Positions 59,942 to 64,000 of a stretch of 64,000 bases of DNA are shown here, in pieces. Origin of the DNA: Verrucomicrobiales bacterium (lineage in GTDB: Bacteria > Verrucomicrobiota > Verrucomicrobiia > Verrucomicrobiales > V1-33); assembly GCA_031411295.1 (NCBI GenBank), contig JANOAV010000202.1, positions 32,001-96,000 of the forward strand, given 5' to 3'. The position numbers were made by a program, and so were the translations under genes. Positions within the stretch are counted from its first letter, which is position 1; every line of letters begins with the position of its first letter. The notes below the pieces were generated by a model. That model had not been told where the DNA came from and ran no database searches. It saw only the letters and a program-made list of their open reading frames with translations.

Positions 59942-62900
59942 CTAGGCGCGCTGGCGTTTGGCGATGCGGCGTTGGTGGGATTGGTAAATGGCATTGATCA
60001 TGATCAGGATGAACAAGCTGGTGCCCAGAATCACCAGAGCTTGCAGGCGCTGCCCGGGATTTTCCGCGGCTTTCTGGGTGGCGAGCACCATGCTGGCGTG
60101 GTCTTTTACTTTTTTGTAGAAGGTAAGTTCGGTGTCTACCGGAAAACTGATCGGCAGGGAGACGCGGCCAGCGGGGCGCAGTTTTTGCGGGGCGGTGACC
60201 ACCGGGGCAAGGTTATAACCCAAGCCTTCAGGATTTGGTTCTTGCGGCTGCGATGCCCCTGGAGCGGGCTTGGCTTGTGGGGCGGGTCCATTAGCGGCAC
60301 CCGAAGCCTTGCCACCTAACTCCACTTGGCCTTTAACCACACGATTGCTCCCGTTTTGGTAGTTCTGTTCGAAGTCCACTTTGTTCCTCGTGATGACGCC
60401 ATCTGCGGTGTTAGCGATACCATTGTTGAAATCCGCATTCACCGTGCCCACTCCGAACACAGGGGCCTCGATGTTGTTGCTTGAGATGATTGCGCCCCCA
60501 TTTGCCAGCACCACTCCGCCAGTGACGGTGGTGGCTCCAGTGTAGGTATTCGCTCCGTCCAGCGTGACCGCGAACCGTTGTTGATCGAGTTGCTTCAGTT
60601 GATCGCCCACGGTGGTGGCATCCCCGATATCTGCTTGTTGCAGCTTGGAAACGGCCTCGGAGCGAGTGTTGCGGGTGGCAGGCTTCTTGGCATCTTCCTT
60701 GACCTTGCCTTTGGTGGTATCCTCGGGTGCGTTGTATTTGAAATAGAGCGATCGATTCCCGACGATGACGTTGTCGTTTAGGCCGAGGTTGTCCTTGTTC
60801 AGTTGTGCTTCCTGCTGGGTGATTTCCGCTTGTTTGAGTTCGCGACTCTTGAGATAGGTGCTATTGCCAGACCAACTCCAATTGGTCGTGCCCACAGTTG
60901 CGGCAGGCGCGGCATTTTGGGTTTGGGTGGGATCAATGATGGGGGCGCTCAATTGCGCAGCCTGCTGCACGAGGTCGTCCACTTGGCTGACGCGGCCATT
61001 CTTCCCATCACTAGCCGTGTTGCTCGACATCCAGGTCTGGGCAATACTCTGGGCATTGCGGCGGGAGCGCTCCCGGAGTTCGATTGGGTTGCTGGTTGAG
61101 TTACACATCATCAGCAACGAACTCAACTCTGTGGCCACGGCGGCTTCCTGTTCAAACTTCGCTTCATTGGCCGCCACCGCATCCATGTTTCCCTTGGCAT
61201 CTTTGACCACATAACCATTCGGCAGAGCCACCCGCCAGACAGTGCGTTCGATGGTTACTCCCGGAAGCTCCGGATCATCCAGGGCCAAATTAAGGCTGTC
61301 CGGCACTTTGCCGCCCGTGTTCGGTAAACGCCGACAAACGAGCCGCACTTGCAGGGCGAGATCGCCCGGGCGGGTTTGAATCAACGGAATCAAGAGCACC
61401 GGCAGCTTGTCCCGCGTGCCCTGATCTGCCCGCACGGGTTGATCATTCACGATGGCGCTGAGCAGCGTGAAACCTTCCGGGAGTCGCACCGGGAGGAATT
61501 GCAGACTGCGATTCTGCAGCCGATAATCCGCCTGCAACCATTCCTCGCCATTGGCCCGCAATGCGGTGGTGAGTTCGGCATAGAGCACCAAGGCCTTGGT
61601 CCCCACGGTGGTCGCTAGTTTCTCTAACGTGAACACGATATCCCACTCCGCTCCCACTCGGAAGTAGCTGGGTTGGGCGAATTGTTGGATGCGGAAATGG
61701 AGGTCGCGTTCGACGTCACGCGCTTGCAGTGGTTCCACATGCAGACTGCGCTTCGCCTCGAAATGCAACTCGCCCGCACTGGCATTCTGCACCACCACGA
61801 AGCGCTCATTCAGCCCTGCCTCTGGAAACGTTAGGTCCGGCAAGTGAATCTCGCCCTGATGCGGGATTTCCAGAGCCAAAGTGGCTTGCGTGGCGGTGGT
61901 GATGGGGCGTTGCAGGGAAACTTTATAGCGCACCGGAGCCGTGGCTTCAGCCCCAGCGACGGCGGGCAGGCGCACCATTTCCCGAATCTGTTCGCCCGTG
62001 AGGCGAGGTTCGGTGGTGGCCACAGCACTGGCGGGAAGTTGTAAAATGAATTCACTCAGGGCACCTGATTTCACTTCCAAATCGAGGCGCGCTTCCAGTC
62101 GCACCCAACTCTCCTGAACCTCGGCGGCCAACACCCAGCGGGTGTCGAACCGCGCGGGAACTTTGCCTAACGTGACAGCGGCGGTATAGTCTGCGGTGTT
62201 GAACGTGAACTCGCGTTTGGTTTCGAAGGGACTGGTGAGCTTGAAATCACCAATCGGTGGATACTCCTCGCGTTGCTCGCCTGGGCTGGTCTCGCGGATC
62301 TGACTGGCCTTTTGTTTGGGGAAATTTAGGACCCCGTTCACATCCGGCAAGGCCGCAATCTGCGCCCGCCCGCGCACCGAGCCAATATTTTCCAAGGCCA
62401 CGGGAGCCAACTCCAACTGGACCGGCGGCTCCTTCCATGGTTGCGCCAAGCCCAGCAACAACGTGGTCGTCTCTGGCGTGGGGCCGCTGAAACGAATCCG
62501 CAGGCGATCTCCATCCACCCACCAATCCTGCAAGCGATCCGAGTCCACCCGGGTGACCGTGAATCCGTTCGGGATGATGGCGGAGGTATGCAGCAAGTCC
62601 TGTCCACGCGCGGGTTTTAGATTGAATACCGCATGCACTTCCAGCTTGCTGGGACTGATCTGGTAAAGGTAGTCGGCCTGCAGGGCTGAGTTCAGCGTGC
62701 GACGTGCAGTTTTGAAACCCAAGGGCACCGGCGGGCCAGCCACGCGGTAAGCTGCGAACCGCTGGAAGCCGGCATCCGCGCCAGTGGTCCCTTCGACTTT
62801 GGGAAAATCAGTTTGTTGATGACTGGCGGCCGGTTGCACCGTGACTTCCAATTCATCGACCGCGAGTAATCGCAACTCGCGCTCCACGCGACTAGCCACC

Positions 62901-64000
62901 GGCCAGACGCTGGGGAACGTTGGTCCACCGACCGTGCGTTCTGCCGTCAGGCTTAAATGAAGTTTCTCCCGGACCGGCAGGGTCAGCCGGAAATTCAGCG
63001 TCTGCTTGTCTGCTGCGGCAGTTAGGCTCCATTTCTCCACGTTCGGAATGTCCACACTGACAGGTGTTAGGCTGGGGTCCAGCTCTACTGCGAATTCCTG
63101 CCGATCTCCGCCCGGGAAATCGAAATCAATCCCCGCTTCCAAGCGCTCCAGAGCCGGACTCAGGTAGAGCGAGGCCACGAGCTTGGCGCTTGGTGGCAGG
63201 CTCTGGGCCGCATTCGCCATGCGGGCTCCCAGATCGCGCTTCAGGGTGAGCGCGGAAACATTGCCTAACGCGGCGGTAAGATGCCGCTGCGGCACGCCTT
63301 CCGCCGTGGCAGTCTCCACGACCGGGCGACCGTTGTTGAGATCCATCCGCGCAGACATGTCGGTCAAGCTGAGCGTGATCATGGAGGCAGCGGCTTGCGG
63401 AAGTCGTGTGGTGACGGATTGCCAATTGCTGGTCAGCGGAATTTCCAGCTTGGCAATCACCGTATGCACGCCGGGTTTCTCCAGGAGCAACTTTTTTTCA
63501 CTGAGGGGAGCCGTGGCACCATCGAGCGTCAGGCTGCAGAGTCCCTGGAAATCCAATCCCACGGTGGCCCACGCGCCAGTGCTGACAATTGTCAGCACCC
63601 CTTCAAGTTTCAAACGATCGGCCAGAATGTCGCCCTTGTAGAGAGCGCTTTGAATCCCCGCCCAGGGCGCTCCGGTGGTATCGATCGTGGGGGCGGATTT
63701 CCCCGCGTTGAGTTTGTTGGCGCGCGCTTGCGCCCAGAGTTTCTGGAACGTGTCGTAAGTTAGGAAGTAGCGACCGGGGGTTTGGTCCGCCAGAGGCTTC
63801 GTGCTATCGAAAGGCACATAAGCCGTGTAGGCCGCCGGGGTGGTTTCCGCGGCCGGGGCCTGGGCTGTTAGGGAAAGTAAACTCAGCAGCACCACAGAGG
63901 CTTGGGCCAAGGCTGCGGTGGGGCGGAAACGGCGTTTGAGTAAATTGAAGATGAACAACACCCCACAAGTTACTAGGAAACCGAGCAGGACGGCATTGCA
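59942..64000 (-). CDS. Giant hypothetical membrane-associated protein, 5'-partial, with one autotransporter-associated beta-strand repeat
   Basis: Frame is open to the window edge; TM segments at both ends; TLDGANTYTGATTVTGG repeat. Confidence 0.75.
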   Translation of the reverse strand, partial: CNAVLLGFLVTCGVLFIFNLLKRRFRPTAALAQASVVLLSLLSLTAQAPAAETTPAAYTAYVPFDSTKPLADQTPGRYFLTYDTFQKLWAQARANKLNAGKSAPTIDTTGAPWAGIQSALYKGDILADRLKLEGVLTIVSTGAWATVGLDFQGLCSLTLDGATAPLSEKKLLLEKPGVHTVIAKLEIPLTSNWQSVTTRLPQAAASMITLSLTDMSARMDLNNGRPVVETATAEGVPQRHLTAALGNVSALTLKRDLGARMANAAQSLPPSAKLVASLYLSPALERLEAGIDFDFPGGDRQEFAVELDPSLTPVSVDIPNVEKWSLTAAADKQTLNFRLTLPVREKLHLSLTAERTVGGPTFPSVWPVASRVERELRLLAVDELEVTVQPAASHQQTDFPKVEGTTGADAGFQRFAAYRVAGPPVPLGFKTARRTLNSALQADYLYQISPSKLEVHAVFNLKPARGQDLLHTSAIIPNGFTVTRVDSDRLQDWWVDGDRLRIRFSGPTPETTTLLLGLAQPWKEPPVQLELAPVALENIGSVRGRAQIAALPDVNGVLNFPKQKASQIRETSPGEQREEYPPIGDFKLTSPFETKREFTFNTADYTAAVTLGKVPARFDTRWVLAAEVQESWVRLEARLDLEVKSGALSEFILQLPASAVATTEPRLTGEQIREMVRLPAVAGAEATAPVRYKVSLQRPITTATQATLALEIPHQGEIHLPDLTFPEAGLNERFVVVQNASAGELHFEAKRSLHVEPLQARDVERDLHFRIQQFAQPSYFRVGAEWDIVFTLEKLATTVGTKALVLYAELTTALRANGEEWLQADYRLQNRSLQFLPVRLPEGFTLLSAIVNDQPVRADQGTRDKLPVLLIPLIQTRPGDLALQVRLVCRRLPNTGGKVPDSLNLALDDPELPGVTIERTVWRVALPNGYVVKDAKGNMDAVAANEAKFEQEAAVATELSSLLMMCNSTSNPIELRERSRRNAQSIAQTWMSSNTASDGKNGRVSQVDDLVQQAAQLSAPIIDPTQTQNAAPAATVGTTNWSWSGNSTYLKSRELKQAEITQQEAQLNKDNLGLNDNVIVGNRSLYFKYNAPEDTTKGKVKEDAKKPATRNTRSEAVSKLQQADIGDATTVGDQLKQLDQQRFAVTLDGANTYTGATTVTGGVVLANGGAIISSNNIEAPVFGVGTVNADFNNGIANTADGVITRNKVDFEQNYQNGSNRVVKGQVELGGKASGAANGPAPQAKPAPGASQPQEPNPEGLGYNLAPVVTAPQKLRPAGRVSLPISFPVDTELTFYKKVKDHASMVLATQKAAENPGQRLQALVILGTSLFILIMINAIYQSHQRRIAKRQRA

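Overview
GC-rich bacterial chromosomal segment, most consistent with Verrucomicrobiota. This is inferred from a PEP-CTERM protein, the D-x-D-x-D-G..N..EY C-terminal domain proteins, a giant RCC1/Ig protein and long-type Y1/HUH transposases. Most genes are housekeeping or envelope genes: a sulfite reductase hemoprotein (5'-truncated by the window), MFS, corA, hppA, TamB+Omp85, a PilB/GspE ATPase with four pilins, proB, rbfA, rpoD, dnaG, rlmN, an adk-like kinase, fmt and three tRNAs (Asn-GTT, Cys-GCA, Lys-CTT). There are two RAYT-like HUH transposases and a small REP-like cluster at 59.8 kb. The most notable unannotated signals: (1) a strongly structured ~100-nt candidate sRNA with a repeated GGGGAATGCAA motif behind an ECF-type promoter, between convergent genes at ~20.97-21.07 kb; (2) an AT-rich accessory patch at 15.6-18.8 kb with two divergent paralogous membrane-anchored proteins, each preceded by an ORF fragment, next to a RAYT; (3) a tandem paralog pair with one passenger domain on two different C-terminal sorting signals; (4) a frameshifted vWA gene; (5) a second long structured element upstream of the adk-like gene. 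All calls come from reading the sequence and motifs; no database searches were run.
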